From: Bacteroidota bacterium
Lineage (GTDB): Bacteria > Bacteroidota > Ignavibacteria > SZUA-365
NCBI GenBank assembly: GCA_018224345.1
Contig: JAGTUW010000059.1
Coordinates: 1 to 53,849, forward strand
DNA: 53,849 bases
Reading direction: 5' to 3'
Shown here piece after piece: positions 39,704 to 49,080 of the stretch (positions within the stretch are counted from its first letter, which is position 1; each line of letters opens with the position of its first letter). A program made the position numbers and the translations under genes. Under the pieces are notes generated by a model. It had not been told where the DNA came from, did not search any database, and worked only from the letters and a program-made list of their open reading frames with translations.

Positions 39704-39779
39704 TTCGCGGAACCGTTGAAGCACGCAACGGAACATTCCTCCGCACATCTCTGTTATTTTTGTCGAGCGACAGGACAAC

Positions 39780-40712
39780 ATGCAAAATTTTTCACGTCAG
39801 AATTTCCGCCCGCAATTTGGCGGGTTCAGCTTCTTCCCTCCGGTGATCAAGAATCTTCTGATCATCAATATTGCGGTGTTCTTTGTGCAGATCATGCTGG
39901 AAGGCGGCTTCCTGACGTTTCAGGGGGAGCCACTCATCAACTGGTTTGCCCGCACATTTTATCTCTGGCCTCTCGGGGGAGGTGCTTCCTCGCTCCACGG
40001 ATCCTTCATGCCCTGGCAGTTGATCAGTTACATGTTCCTCCATGGCGACTTGATGCATCTGTTCTTCAACATGATCATGCTGTGGATGTTCGGCGTTGAA
40101 CTCGAGAACACCTGGGGGTCGCGCAAATTCCTGATCATGTATTTCGTAGCCGGCATCACCGCCGGACTCGCAAACCTGCTGATTGCACCACTGTTCACGT
40201 CCGTTGGACCAACCATCGGTGCATCCGGTGGTGTCTATGGCGTTCTTGCCGCGTTTGCCATGGTCTTCCCTGACCGATATATCTACCTCTGGTTTTTCGT
40301 CCCCATGCGTGCGAAGTATCTGATTGCCGGACTCATTTTACTCGAAGTCATTTACAGCGTTCTCGGGACACGTCACGGTATTGCCCATGTGGCGCATCTC
40401 GGAGGTGCTGTCGTCGGCGGTGTCTGGGTTCTCCTTGACAAAGCCGGCAATATCGACCGATGGCTGGCACGGCGTCAAAAATCACGCACATCATTCTCCA
40501 ATCCTTCTCAGACACCACATGAAGCCAGATTCTACGAGCTGAATCCGGAAAAAAAGGAACACAGGAAACCGGATCCGCAATACGATGAAGCACAGAAGCG
40601 TATTGACGAAATTCTTGACAAAATCAGCACCTCCGGCTACTCGAATCTCACCGAAGAGGAAAAGCGTATCCTCCTTGACGCAAGCAAACACATTCATCCC
40701 GACAAAGAATAA
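39780..40712 (+). CDS. Rhomboid-family intramembrane serine protease with a ~90-aa charged C-terminal extension
   Basis: FLHGDLMHLFFNMIMLWMFG, the catalytic Ser in GASGGVYGVL and the catalytic His in AHLGGAVVG are present. The tail contains DEAQKRIDEILDKISTSGYSNLTEEEKRILLDASK. Confidence 0.88.
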   Translation: MQNFSRQNFRPQFGGFSFFPPVIKNLLIINIAVFFVQIMLEGGFLTFQGEPLINWFARTFYLWPLGGGASSLHGSFMPWQLISYMFLHGDLMHLFFNMIMLWMFGVELENTWGSRKFLIMYFVAGITAGLANLLIAPLFTSVGPTIGASGGVYGVLAAFAMVFPDRYIYLWFFVPMRAKYLIAGLILLEVIYSVLGTRHGIAHVAHLGGAVVGGVWVLLDKAGNIDRWLARRQKSRTSFSNPSQTPHEARFYELNPEKKEHRKPDPQYDEAQKRIDEILDKISTSGYSNLTEEEKRILLDASKHIHPDKE

Positions 40713-40737
40713 TCGGTAGGCAGCGAAAGAAAACTCC

Positions 40738-41886
40738 ATGATAGAAATTCCCGTTATTCAGGACCCGTCTGCACCCACCTGGCAACCGCCCGGCGTCAAG
40801 ACCATCCGCCGGAAAACGCGCAAAGTATGGGTCGGCGACATTCCGGTCGGCGGTGATTCCCCGATCAGTGTGCAGACCATGACCAAGACGAAGACCAGCG
40901 ACGTTGCCGGTACGGTCGAACAGATCCGTCGGGCCGCTGAAGAGGGCTGCGACATTGTTCGTATCACCGTCAACGATAAGCATGCCGCGGCCGCTATGAG
41001 TGATATCGTCCGGCAATCACCCCTGCCCATCGTTGCCGATATTCATTTCAACCACATTTTTGCGCTCGAGTCCATCAAGGCTGGCGTGGCAAAGGTGCGG
41101 ATCAATCCGGGTAATATCGGATCCATCGATCGCATTCACCAGGTGTTGGCTGCGGCGAAGGAGCGCGGTATACCCATTCGCATCGGTGTGAATTCCGGTT
41201 CGCTTGAAGAGGATATTCTCGAGAAACACGGCTACCCCACCGCCGAGGCCCTGTTTGAAAGCGCCATGCGTCATGCGGGGATATGTGAGGATTTCGGTTT
41301 TCGCGACGTGATCATTTCCGTCAAATCCACCGATACCCGCCTGATGATCGAGGCCTACCGCTATATCGCCGAACGTACTGATTATCCCCTGCATCTCGGC
41401 GTCACGGAAGCAGGGACGACAAGGGTCGGCACAATCAAAAGCGCGGTCGGTATCGGTACCCTTCTCGCAGAAGGGATCGGCGATACAATTCGCGTCTCGC
41501 TGACCGACGAACCCTGGAAGGAAGTAGAAGTCGGAAAAGAAATTCTCCGCTCGCTCGGCCTTGCCTCACGCAGCGTGGAAATCATAGCCTGTCCCACATG
41601 CGGACGTCTGGAAGTTGATCTTTTCAAAATCACCAACGAACTCGAACAACGACTCGCCGGGATCAAAAAACCCCTGAAAATCGCCTTGCTCGGCTGCGTT
41701 GTCAACGGGCCCGGCGAGGCGAGTGAAGCCGATATCGGCATTGCCGCGGGCAAGGGAATGGGGATCCTCTACCGGAAAGGCGAGGTAGTCCGTCGACTCA
41801 AGGAAGAGGAAATCATCGATGCCATCGTGGAAGAAGCGATGAATTTCGTCCCGGAAGAGGAGAGAGCAGCACCCACCGGGATCTGA
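40738..41886 (+). CDS. ispG: 4-hydroxy-3-methylbut-2-en-1-yl diphosphate synthase
   Basis: RKTRKVWVGDIPVGGDSPISVQTMTKT, RINPGNIG and the Fe-S Cys residues (CPTCGR...GCVVNGPGE) are present. Confidence 0.95.
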   Translation: MIEIPVIQDPSAPTWQPPGVKTIRRKTRKVWVGDIPVGGDSPISVQTMTKTKTSDVAGTVEQIRRAAEEGCDIVRITVNDKHAAAAMSDIVRQSPLPIVADIHFNHIFALESIKAGVAKVRINPGNIGSIDRIHQVLAAAKERGIPIRIGVNSGSLEEDILEKHGYPTAEALFESAMRHAGICEDFGFRDVIISVKSTDTRLMIEAYRYIAERTDYPLHLGVTEAGTTRVGTIKSAVGIGTLLAEGIGDTIRVSLTDEPWKEVEVGKEILRSLGLASRSVEIIACPTCGRLEVDLFKITNELEQRLAGIKKPLKIALLGCVVNGPGEASEADIGIAAGKGMGILYRKGEVVRRLKEEEIIDAIVEEAMNFVPEEERAAPTGI

Positions 41887-41962
41887 GCGATGAATGGAAG
41901 CCGTGTCCGGCAGGGACACGGACACAGCGCACAATGGCTGCACGTCACAGGGAGAAACAGAC

Positions 41963-42682
41963 ATGCGCCCCTTGATATCTGCTTTTTTGGATGTTCTTTA
42001 TCCGCCGCTCTGCATCGGTTGCGGCCTGCGCGTGCGTCCACACGACGTACTCTGCGTACGCTGCATCCGTGAAATGTTGAATCTGCCGTTGAGCATGGAA
42101 GTCTCCACGTTGCATCTCGCTTCCCTCGCCTGTGCCTGTGACGCGACCATGATGCTCGTGGGTTGGGAATACGAGGATGGCGGCGTCCTTGAACGTTGCA
42201 TCCATGCGATGAAATACCGCCGACTTCACCAGGTGGGGGAATGGCTCGGCCGTCTCCTGGGCGAGGGTCTGGTGGGGAACCCGCTTCTCGATCATAACCC
42301 CGCCACGGAAAGACCGCTGTTATTGCCGGTACCGCTGCATCGCATCAAACGCATTGAGCGCGGTTACAACCAGGCGGATGCGATCTGCCGCGGACTCGCA
42401 TACGAGTGCGAACTTGAATGGGACCACAACCTGTTGCTGCGAACCCGGTATACGACCTCACAGTCCGCTTCACGTCTTGACCGCGACGAGCGGCAGGCCA
42501 ATGTCAGGAAAGCGTTTACGGTCAATGGCCTTCGCGCCGAACAGCTGCGCGGACGACCGCTTATCATTGTCGATGATCTCGTGACAACCGGTGCGACCAT
42601 CGGTGCCTGTGTCGATGTACTGATACAGTCCGGCTTTTCGGATGTACGCATACTGGCCGTCGCCAGGCCTCCGCGTCATTGA
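41963..42682 (+). CDS. ComF-family phosphoribosyltransferase-domain protein
   Basis: I chose the ATG at 41963 (GGAGA upstream). The N-terminal Cys pairs are PPLCIGCG...CVRC, followed by RGYNQA and the PRTase motif IIVDDLVTTGATI. Confidence 0.85.
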   Translation: MRPLISAFLDVLYPPLCIGCGLRVRPHDVLCVRCIREMLNLPLSMEVSTLHLASLACACDATMMLVGWEYEDGGVLERCIHAMKYRRLHQVGEWLGRLLGEGLVGNPLLDHNPATERPLLLPVPLHRIKRIERGYNQADAICRGLAYECELEWDHNLLLRTRYTTSQSASRLDRDERQANVRKAFTVNGLRAEQLRGRPLIIVDDLVTTGATIGACVDVLIQSGFSDVRILAVARPPRH

Positions 42683-42724
42683 CGCCGGCAGAGTAGCGGG
42701 TGAAGGGTGAAGGCAAGGTGGCAA

Positions 42725-42752
42725 GACGCCCGCGCCGGGAAACGCGGGCGTC
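42725..42752. terminator. GC-rich 10-bp perfect hairpin between convergent genes (possible bidirectional terminator)
   Basis: gacgcccgcg / cgcgggcgtc with an 8-nt loop. No clear U-run on either side. Confidence 0.5.
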
Positions 42753-42758
42753 CGTCAA

Positions 42759-43595
42759 TCAATGAAATACGAACATGGGGATACTTCCCTCTTTGAGGAT
42801 GCTCCGACCGATACTACCGAATATACGTTCAACCAGTCCCCGATGAATCGGACGTCCGAGTATGATCAACGCCGGATAGAGGTCTTTCATCACCTGAAGA
42901 ATCGCATCGATCGGTTTCCCCGTCCGCATCAATACCTGCGCGTCAATCCCATGTGCGCGCAGATAGCGTGTCGCTTTCTCAAGGTGGTATTTATTCTTGT
43001 CGTAGTCCGAAGCAACACAGAGCAGGGTTACCGGATAGATTTCCGGAAGATTGGGTGTAACATGCGCATATGCCTGCAACGCACGCGCGGCACCTATCGT
43101 CCCATCATAGGCGATCACAACATTGCGGGGTAATTCGGACTCCTTGGGAACAGCAAGCACCGGACAGATCGGGTCCTTCAACAGCTGTTCGAGCGTGTCT
43201 CCGGGGCCCTCACGCGTCGGATAATGAAAGAATGTCCGCAACCCGACAAGAATCAGATCTGCAGTCATTCCTTCCTGCGCAAGCCCTTCGAACGGAACGC
43301 CACTGTAGATGATGTCTTCAAAGCCGACTTCATTCCGTTCGCATTCCATGCGGAATACGGCGATGAGCTTCTCGGCGCGCTCCTTTGCATCATTGAGCAT
43401 GGTAGAAACAGCACTTCCGGACATCTGAATTGCACCGGGCTGGGCGCCGGCGGCAATCTGCTCGATGCTCGGGCGATCGATGACAGCGACACCGATGACT
43501 GTGCCGTCATACATTTTTGCACGTCGGATCGCCATTTGCAAGGCACTGTCGGCATAGGGTGACCCATCCAGACCGACAACAATACGTTTACTCAT
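42759..43595 (-). CDS. Tandem-domain universal stress protein (UspA family)
   Basis: MSKRIVVGLDGSPYADSAL is followed by a second Usp-like half (VVIAYDGTIGAARAL...ALIILGRP). GGAGG lies upstream of the ATG. Confidence 0.85.
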   Translation of the reverse strand: MSKRIVVGLDGSPYADSALQMAIRRAKMYDGTVIGVAVIDRPSIEQIAAGAQPGAIQMSGSAVSTMLNDAKERAEKLIAVFRMECERNEVGFEDIIYSGVPFEGLAQEGMTADLILVGLRTFFHYPTREGPGDTLEQLLKDPICPVLAVPKESELPRNVVIAYDGTIGAARALQAYAHVTPNLPEIYPVTLLCVASDYDKNKYHLEKATRYLRAHGIDAQVLMRTGKPIDAILQVMKDLYPALIILGRPIHRGLVERIFGSIGRSILKEGSIPMFVFH

Positions 43596-44025
43596 GTGTA
43601 CCTCCTCTGTTGTTGAGGAATAATTTGTTTCCTGTTTTCAAGAGCGGCGGCTCCCTTCTATTCAATCGGACAACTGTATCGTAAACAAGTCGTCGGAGAG
43701 CATTCCGGCATCCTCCTGCACAAAAAAGAGCACAGGAAGCAATCAACGTCATCGGGGAATCAAAACTTCTCCGGCAGCAGAGAGGAGCAACCCTTTCACC
43801 GGTTCCGCAGGCGACACTGCCATTGTCCCGTGTTTCGTGTTCGAGAAATATAGTGAATATCCGGCAAATGTACATCGTTTTCTGCCATATATGGTGGAGA
43901 TTTCTTTCTCCCTGTCGCTTTTGTCATTGTTTTTGTTAGATTGCACTTTCATATGCGGCCGTGGTGTTCTGTGATCGGATCCCGCGTCCGAATTCTCCAT
44001 TATCCTTTTTTCCCGGAGTAGTTCT

Positions 44026-44352
44026 ATGACGGAATATCGGTCCGAGAAGGAGTTTCTCCGTTCACTGAAACGTTTCAATGCACTTTCCTCGAAGCAGTAC
44101 GAATGGCACACAGGGTATTCGGAAAAAGAGCATACGTGCATGTTTGGCCATCACATCCCCTCCGAACAGTTGTATTTCAAGAAACCGCTGGACATGGAAG
44201 GCGAACGCAAAGTACGCGTTTGCATGGAATGTATGGAGAAGCTGGTTTTCCTGACCATTGACAGTGACCGTCACAGTAAACAGCTTTCCGAACAGCTGTT
44301 TCGCGAGCGTCATCCGACGCCCAAAAAAATCGTGAAAATCATGTCGCGTTGA
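44026..44352 (+). CDS. Small Cys/His-containing hypothetical protein (108 aa)
   Basis: GGAG lies 8 nt upstream of the ATG. Possible metal ligands are HTCMFGHH...VCMECMEK. The stop lies 7 nt before the symporter start. No family is recognised. Confidence 0.5.
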   Translation: MTEYRSEKEFLRSLKRFNALSSKQYEWHTGYSEKEHTCMFGHHIPSEQLYFKKPLDMEGERKVRVCMECMEKLVFLTIDSDRHSKQLSEQLFRERHPTPKKIVKIMSR

Positions 44353-44359
44353 TCATTAC

Positions 44360-45763
44360 GTGTTGCTGCTGGAGCTTTCTCTCCTTGATTGGCTGATCGT
44401 CGCAGGTTATCTCGGTTTTCTGCTCTATCTGGGGCTGCGTGCTTCCTCGTTGAATCGCGCGAGTTCCGAGCAGTTTCTCCTGGGAGGGCGACTGCTCAGT
44501 CTTCCGGGGTTTGTCGCTGCGCTGGTCGCCACCTGGTACGGCGGGATTCTCGGTGTAGGTGAATTCAGCTATCTCTACGGTATCGCGAACTGGTTCGTGT
44601 TCGGTTTTCCATACTACGTCTTTGCGATTATCTTCGCCCTGTTTTTCGCACGCCGGGTGCGATTGACAGGGATGTACTCCATCCCGGACCAACTGTATCA
44701 CTGTTACGACAGAAAGACGGGACTGCTCGGTTCCATACTGGTGTTTTTCAACAGTTCTCCGGCACCCTATCTTCTCATGCTGGCCGTGCTCCTGCAAGTC
44801 GTCACGGGCTGGAGCTTTGTCCTTTGTGTCCTGTTGGGAGCAGGCACGACAATATTGTACGTCTACGCCGGGGGGTTCCGGGCGGTGGTTCGTACGGACG
44901 TGTTGCAATTCGCCCTGATGTTCATTGGCTTCCTTCTCCTGCTCCTCTTTCTTATTCCCGAATACGGCCTGTTCCCTTTTCTTACCGATAATCTCCCGGC
45001 ACAGCACCTGACGCTCACTGGCGGTAATACCTGGCAATACATTCTTGTCTGGTTCTTCATTGCCCTCTGGACACTCGTCGCCCCGCAGTTTCATCAATTT
45101 ACGCTCAGTGCAAAATCCCCGCGCGTTGCACGCAGGGGCATTTTCTACTCCGTGCTGTTCTGGTTTTTCTTCGATACTATCACAACCCTCTCCGGTCTCT
45201 ATGCCCGCGCACTGCTGCCGGATCTCGCCCAACCATCGATGGCCTATCCGCTTCTGGCTGACATCGTGCTCCCTTCCGCGGCAAAAGGCATCTTCTTTAT
45301 CGGTATGCTGGCTACCGTGATGTCGACAACCGACGGCCTGACCTTCATTGCAGCATTGACTGTCGGACGCGATGTCATCGCGCGTTGGGGCGGTCGCAAT
45401 GATGACCGTTCTGTCACCCGTTACACACAGTTTGGTGTTATCTTCACCGCCGCTGTCTCTGTTATCGCAGTGCTGCTCTTTCCTTCGATCATCGATTTGT
45501 GGTATGTGATAGGGACACTGTTCATCCCAGCCCTGCTGTTTCCATTAGTGGCCACGTATTTTCCCCGGCTGCGCATCTCCAATACACTTACCTTCACCGC
45601 AATGCTTGTCGGATTTTCAGCCAGCGCAGCTTCGTTTCTCTCCGGACGGTACGACGAGATAGACGGCATGACGCATTACCCCTTCGGTATCGAACCAATG
45701 TATCTCGGACTCGGGCTCTGTCTGCTGATCTATCTCTTCGGTCAACTGCGGCGTCAGCATTGA
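44360..45763 (+). CDS. Sodium:solute symporter family (SSF) transporter
   Basis: GTG start. About 12-13 hydrophobic helices are present, with SSF-like blocks (FLLGGR, ATWYGGILGVGEF, TDVLQF). The substrate is not inferable. Confidence 0.82.
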   Translation: MLLLELSLLDWLIVAGYLGFLLYLGLRASSLNRASSEQFLLGGRLLSLPGFVAALVATWYGGILGVGEFSYLYGIANWFVFGFPYYVFAIIFALFFARRVRLTGMYSIPDQLYHCYDRKTGLLGSILVFFNSSPAPYLLMLAVLLQVVTGWSFVLCVLLGAGTTILYVYAGGFRAVVRTDVLQFALMFIGFLLLLLFLIPEYGLFPFLTDNLPAQHLTLTGGNTWQYILVWFFIALWTLVAPQFHQFTLSAKSPRVARRGIFYSVLFWFFFDTITTLSGLYARALLPDLAQPSMAYPLLADIVLPSAAKGIFFIGMLATVMSTTDGLTFIAALTVGRDVIARWGGRNDDRSVTRYTQFGVIFTAAVSVIAVLLFPSIIDLWYVIGTLFIPALLFPLVATYFPRLRISNTLTFTAMLVGFSASAASFLSGRYDEIDGMTHYPFGIEPMYLGLGLCLLIYLFGQLRRQH

Positions 45764-46103
45764 CCAACACGCAGGCAGTTCGCAGGCAACCGTATCTTTC
45801 TTGATGTCCCCTGCATCATCAGTTCACCGGCCCCCCCGCCCCGGATTACAAAACAGATTGCGAGACGACACGGTCTCCGTCCTGCCTGCATTCCTGCATG
45901 TCGTAACACCTCACGACTACACTCCTGGCGGGCAATAAACATTTCTCCCGCCACAGGAATACCTGCCATGAGCAACCGGAAGCATCGAACACATCCGTGT
46001 TCGCGATCAGGCAAGAGGCACGGACCGACCCGATGATCCGTGCGTTTCGTATGAGACACTGCCGTCAAACATCTTGAAGAAGTACCAGGAACAGGCGAAC
46101 AGG

Positions 46104-46568
46104 TTATTCGTACTTCATGATGAAATTGGTTTTTATCCGCATCGCGTCCGAGAGTTCAGTGACAGCATCGATAATGGCACGGTGCTGTGCGACAGGGATA
46201 ATACCGAGCGCTTGTTCATAGACATGTGTACAGTCACTTGTCACTTTATTCGCGATGTTCTCACCGAGACTGGTGAGGCGGACATTGATGATGCGGCGAT
46301 CTACGGAATCGATATGCCGCGTGACGTAACATTTTTCTACCAGGCCGTCGATAATTCGGGTCAGACGACTACTGGTAAGACTCATGCGGTGTGCGATATC
46401 CTTGACAGACATTTCATTGTCATGACGAAAGGCTCGCAGGCATTTGAATTCGGACAGGGAGAGGTGTGCACGTGCCGCAATCTCTTCCTGTTTGCTTTGG
46501 CAGCAGCTGACCAATCCGAGTGTCAGATCCGCCAAACGTTCAGCGTTTTGGGTAGTTTGATTTTTCAT
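46104..46568 (-). CDS. MarR-family transcriptional regulator
   Basis: I prefer the ATG at 46568 over the TTG at 46589. The wHTH region reads MSVKDIAHRMSLTSSRLTRIIDGLVEKCYVTRHIDSVDRRIINVRLTSLG. Confidence 0.85.
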   Translation of the reverse strand: MKNQTTQNAERLADLTLGLVSCCQSKQEEIAARAHLSLSEFKCLRAFRHDNEMSVKDIAHRMSLTSSRLTRIIDGLVEKCYVTRHIDSVDRRIINVRLTSLGENIANKVTSDCTHVYEQALGIIPVAQHRAIIDAVTELSDAMRIKTNFIMKYE

Positions 46569-46781
46569 ATTGTACTGCGCAAAAAACAATTTGCCACTAT
46601 TAACTTATGCTCCAGCCAAATAAATGTCAAGAGTGTCTTAAGGTGTTTTTATAAGAAATCGGTTTCCTCAACCTTTTTGTGGGCTCAGGTTGCTTCCAAA
46701 ACGGATTCCTCGTATCATTCAGACAACGTTTATAGTGCTGGATCTTTCCACGATTTCGTTGACTCATATTCGAGGTTTCTC

Positions 46782-48308
46782 ATGGAACATTTCCGCAAGA
46801 GCATGCTCGATCTGATCATTCAGACATCGACCAATCTCCCCGCCGATGTCCGGCGCGCCATGGACGCTATTATCGACCGCGAAGCCCCGGGATCGCAGGC
46901 TGCCATGGCACTCTCCACCATCGCACGCAACATTGATATGGCGGAGGAGAACGAAGGAGCGATCTGTCAGGATACCGGGATGCCGACATTCAAAATCAAA
47001 ACACCCGTGGGAGTGAATCAACTGCAGTTGAAAGAGGATATTCTCTGGGCTATAGAGGAGGCCACACGTCTGGGAAAACTCCGCCCGAACACTGTCGACC
47101 CGGTAACGGGGAAAAACAGCGGAAACAATATCGGCAGAGGCGCGCCCATTTTCTACTGGGAACAATGGGAGCGCGATGACATCGAGGTGAAACTCATCCT
47201 CAAGGGCGGGGGCTGCGAAAACCAGAATATTCAGTACTCTCTTCCTGCCACGCTCGACCATCTCGGCAAGGCAGGGCGCGACCTCGATGGCGTCCGTAAA
47301 TGTATCCTCCACGCCGTCTGGCAGGCACAGGGAGAAGGGTGCTCGGTCGGCGCCATCGGTGTCGCCATCGGTTCTGACAGGGCTTCCGGCTACGCCTATG
47401 CCAAGGACCAGTTGTTCCGGGAACTCGACGATCGCAATCCCGATCCGGTACTTGCGAAGCTGGAAGAGGACATCATGGAAAAATCCAACAAGCTGCAGAT
47501 CGGCCCGATGGGTTTCGGCGGCAACAGCACGCTGATCGGATGCAAAATCGGCAGTTTCCATCGTCTGCCAGCCAGCTTTTTCGTCTCCGTAGCCTATGAC
47601 TGCTGGGCCTTCCGCAGGCTCGCCGTGCACATCGATGCGGCCGATGGCACGATCACCGACTGGATGTACAGGGATGCAGACCCCTCCGCCATGGCAAGAA
47701 GCGAGGGGATTCCACTGACCGGTGATGAAATCGTACTTCAACCTCCGATCAGCGAGAAAGAGATCCGTTCGCTGAAGGTCGGGGATATTGTGTTGATCAC
47801 CGGACGGATGTTCACCGGCCGTGACGCACTGCATACCTATCTCATCAACCATGACTCCCCGGTAGACATGCAGGGCAGCGTGCTGTACCACTGCGGCCCC
47901 GTCATGCTCAAGGACGAAAGCGACGAGTGGCATGTCATGGCCGCAGGCCCGACCACGAGCATACGGGAAGAACCGTATCAGGCTGATATCATCAACAAAT
48001 TCGGCATCCGCGCCGTCATCGGCAAGGGAGGTATGGGCGCGAAGACACTGCAGGGATTGAAAGATTCCGGCGCTGTCTATCTCAATGCCATCGGTGGAGC
48101 GGCGCAGTATTATGCCCAGACGGTAAGGAAAGTGCACGGTGTACATTTCCTCGAGGAATTCGGCATCCCGGAAGCCCTCTGGGAATTTGAGGTCGAAGGG
48201 TTCGCCGCCATTGTCACTATGGATTCCCATGGAAACTCCCTGCATGAAGAGGTGCGTACCGACTCGGCCGAACGACTTGGGGCACTGGAATTGAATGTCC
48301 TCCAATAA
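46782..48308 (+). CDS. Class I (Fe-S) fumarate hydratase / tartrate-dehydratase-type hydrolyase, fused alpha+beta (508 aa)
   Basis: I chose the ATG at 46782 (MEHFRKSMLDLI). Motifs present: CQDTGMPTF, KGGGCENQ, and in the beta-part GRMFTGRDALH...GPTTS...IGKGGMG. The 5' 708 nt of ORF 46074..48308 is antisense to marR and is not counted. Confidence 0.88.
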   Translation: MEHFRKSMLDLIIQTSTNLPADVRRAMDAIIDREAPGSQAAMALSTIARNIDMAEENEGAICQDTGMPTFKIKTPVGVNQLQLKEDILWAIEEATRLGKLRPNTVDPVTGKNSGNNIGRGAPIFYWEQWERDDIEVKLILKGGGCENQNIQYSLPATLDHLGKAGRDLDGVRKCILHAVWQAQGEGCSVGAIGVAIGSDRASGYAYAKDQLFRELDDRNPDPVLAKLEEDIMEKSNKLQIGPMGFGGNSTLIGCKIGSFHRLPASFFVSVAYDCWAFRRLAVHIDAADGTITDWMYRDADPSAMARSEGIPLTGDEIVLQPPISEKEIRSLKVGDIVLITGRMFTGRDALHTYLINHDSPVDMQGSVLYHCGPVMLKDESDEWHVMAAGPTTSIREEPYQADIINKFGIRAVIGKGGMGAKTLQGLKDSGAVYLNAIGGAAQYYAQTVRKVHGVHFLEEFGIPEALWEFEVEGFAAIVTMDSHGNSLHEEVRTDSAERLGALELNVLQ

Positions 48309-48321
48309 TCGACGTAGAATC

Positions 48322-48900
48322 ATGAATGACATTGAACACGCATTCGAAGAAGCCCGCCACTCACTGGCGTTATTTGTAAAAGATGAAGAACAATTTCCGC
48401 GAATCGAGCTCTTCGCCAACAAGCTTGCAGCGACGTTCCGTGCAGGCTGCAAAGCCATGTCCTGCGGAAATGGAGGGTCTATGAGCGATGCGATGCATTT
48501 TGCGGAAGAATGGAGCGGCCGCTATCGCAGTGAGCGGCCGCCGCTTCCCGCAATCGCATTCAGCGACCCCGGGCATATGAGCTGTGTCGCAAACGACTAT
48601 GGGTTCACTGAGGTCTTCGCAAGACAGGTGCAGGCACTCGGCAGGGAGGGTGATCTACTCCTCATGCTCTCGACCAGCGGCGAATCGGGCAATCTCATCC
48701 GAGCCGCAGAAGAAGCACGTGCCAGAGGTATTGCAACTGTCGGACTGCTCGGGAAAGGTGGAGGGACGCTCCTGTCCCTCTGCGACATTCCCATCATCGT
48801 GCCGGGAAATACCAGTGATCGCATTCAGGAACTCCATATCAAAATCATACATGTCGTCATCGAAACCGTCGAACGCATTATCTTCCCCGACCTCTACTGA
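48322..48900 (+). CDS. gmhA: SIS-domain D-sedoheptulose-7-phosphate isomerase
   Basis: CGNGGSMSDAMHFAEE and LLMLSTSGESGNLIRAAEEARARG are present. An alternative ATG at 48295 would overlap the fumarase 3' end by 14 nt. Confidence 0.8.
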   Translation: MNDIEHAFEEARHSLALFVKDEEQFPRIELFANKLAATFRAGCKAMSCGNGGSMSDAMHFAEEWSGRYRSERPPLPAIAFSDPGHMSCVANDYGFTEVFARQVQALGREGDLLLMLSTSGESGNLIRAAEEARARGIATVGLLGKGGGTLLSLCDIPIIVPGNTSDRIQELHIKIIHVVIETVERIIFPDLY

Positions 48901-48928
48901 GATGCCCGCAAGGCGTCCCTTCCACCTG

Positions 48929-48960
48929 AAAAATGCCGGAAGCTGCTCCGGCATTTTTTC
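48929..48960 (+). terminator. Rho-independent terminator after gmhA
   Basis: aaaaatgccgga / tccggcattttt forms an 8-12 bp stem with a 6-nt loop, followed by TTTTTT. Confidence 0.8.
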
Positions 48961-49080
48961 TTGCTTTTCGGAAATCTTTTCTGTAGATTGATAGTCTCAC
49001 TCTCATTGTGTTCTCTCTCTACTCTCACTTGTTCTTGACCAATTCTCTTCATGTCTTAGTTAGTGAAGCAGGTGAGAAAG

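Noticed and set aside
45754-46068. A 104-aa minus-strand ORF in the 340-bp gap between the symporter and marR.
   Set aside because: The translation is Arg/Cys-rich and motif-free, there is no ribosome-binding site, and it overlaps the symporter 3' end. The gap contains only a weak 7-bp hairpin (tggcggg/cccgcca).
46074-46781. The N-terminal 236 codons of ORF 46074..48308, which would extend the fumarase.
   Set aside because: This stretch overlaps the marR gene antisense and then an AT-rich intergenic region. Fumarase homology begins at the ATG at 46782.
46764-48458. A 564-aa ORF on the minus strand, plus other very long antisense ORFs (16354..17820, 19438..20616, 51357..52604, 33849..34853, 15134..16006, 29662..30504).
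   Set aside because: Each lies exactly opposite a gene with strong family motifs. Their translations are Arg/Gly/Asp-rich and motif-free, as expected for stop-poor antisense frames in GC-rich coding DNA.
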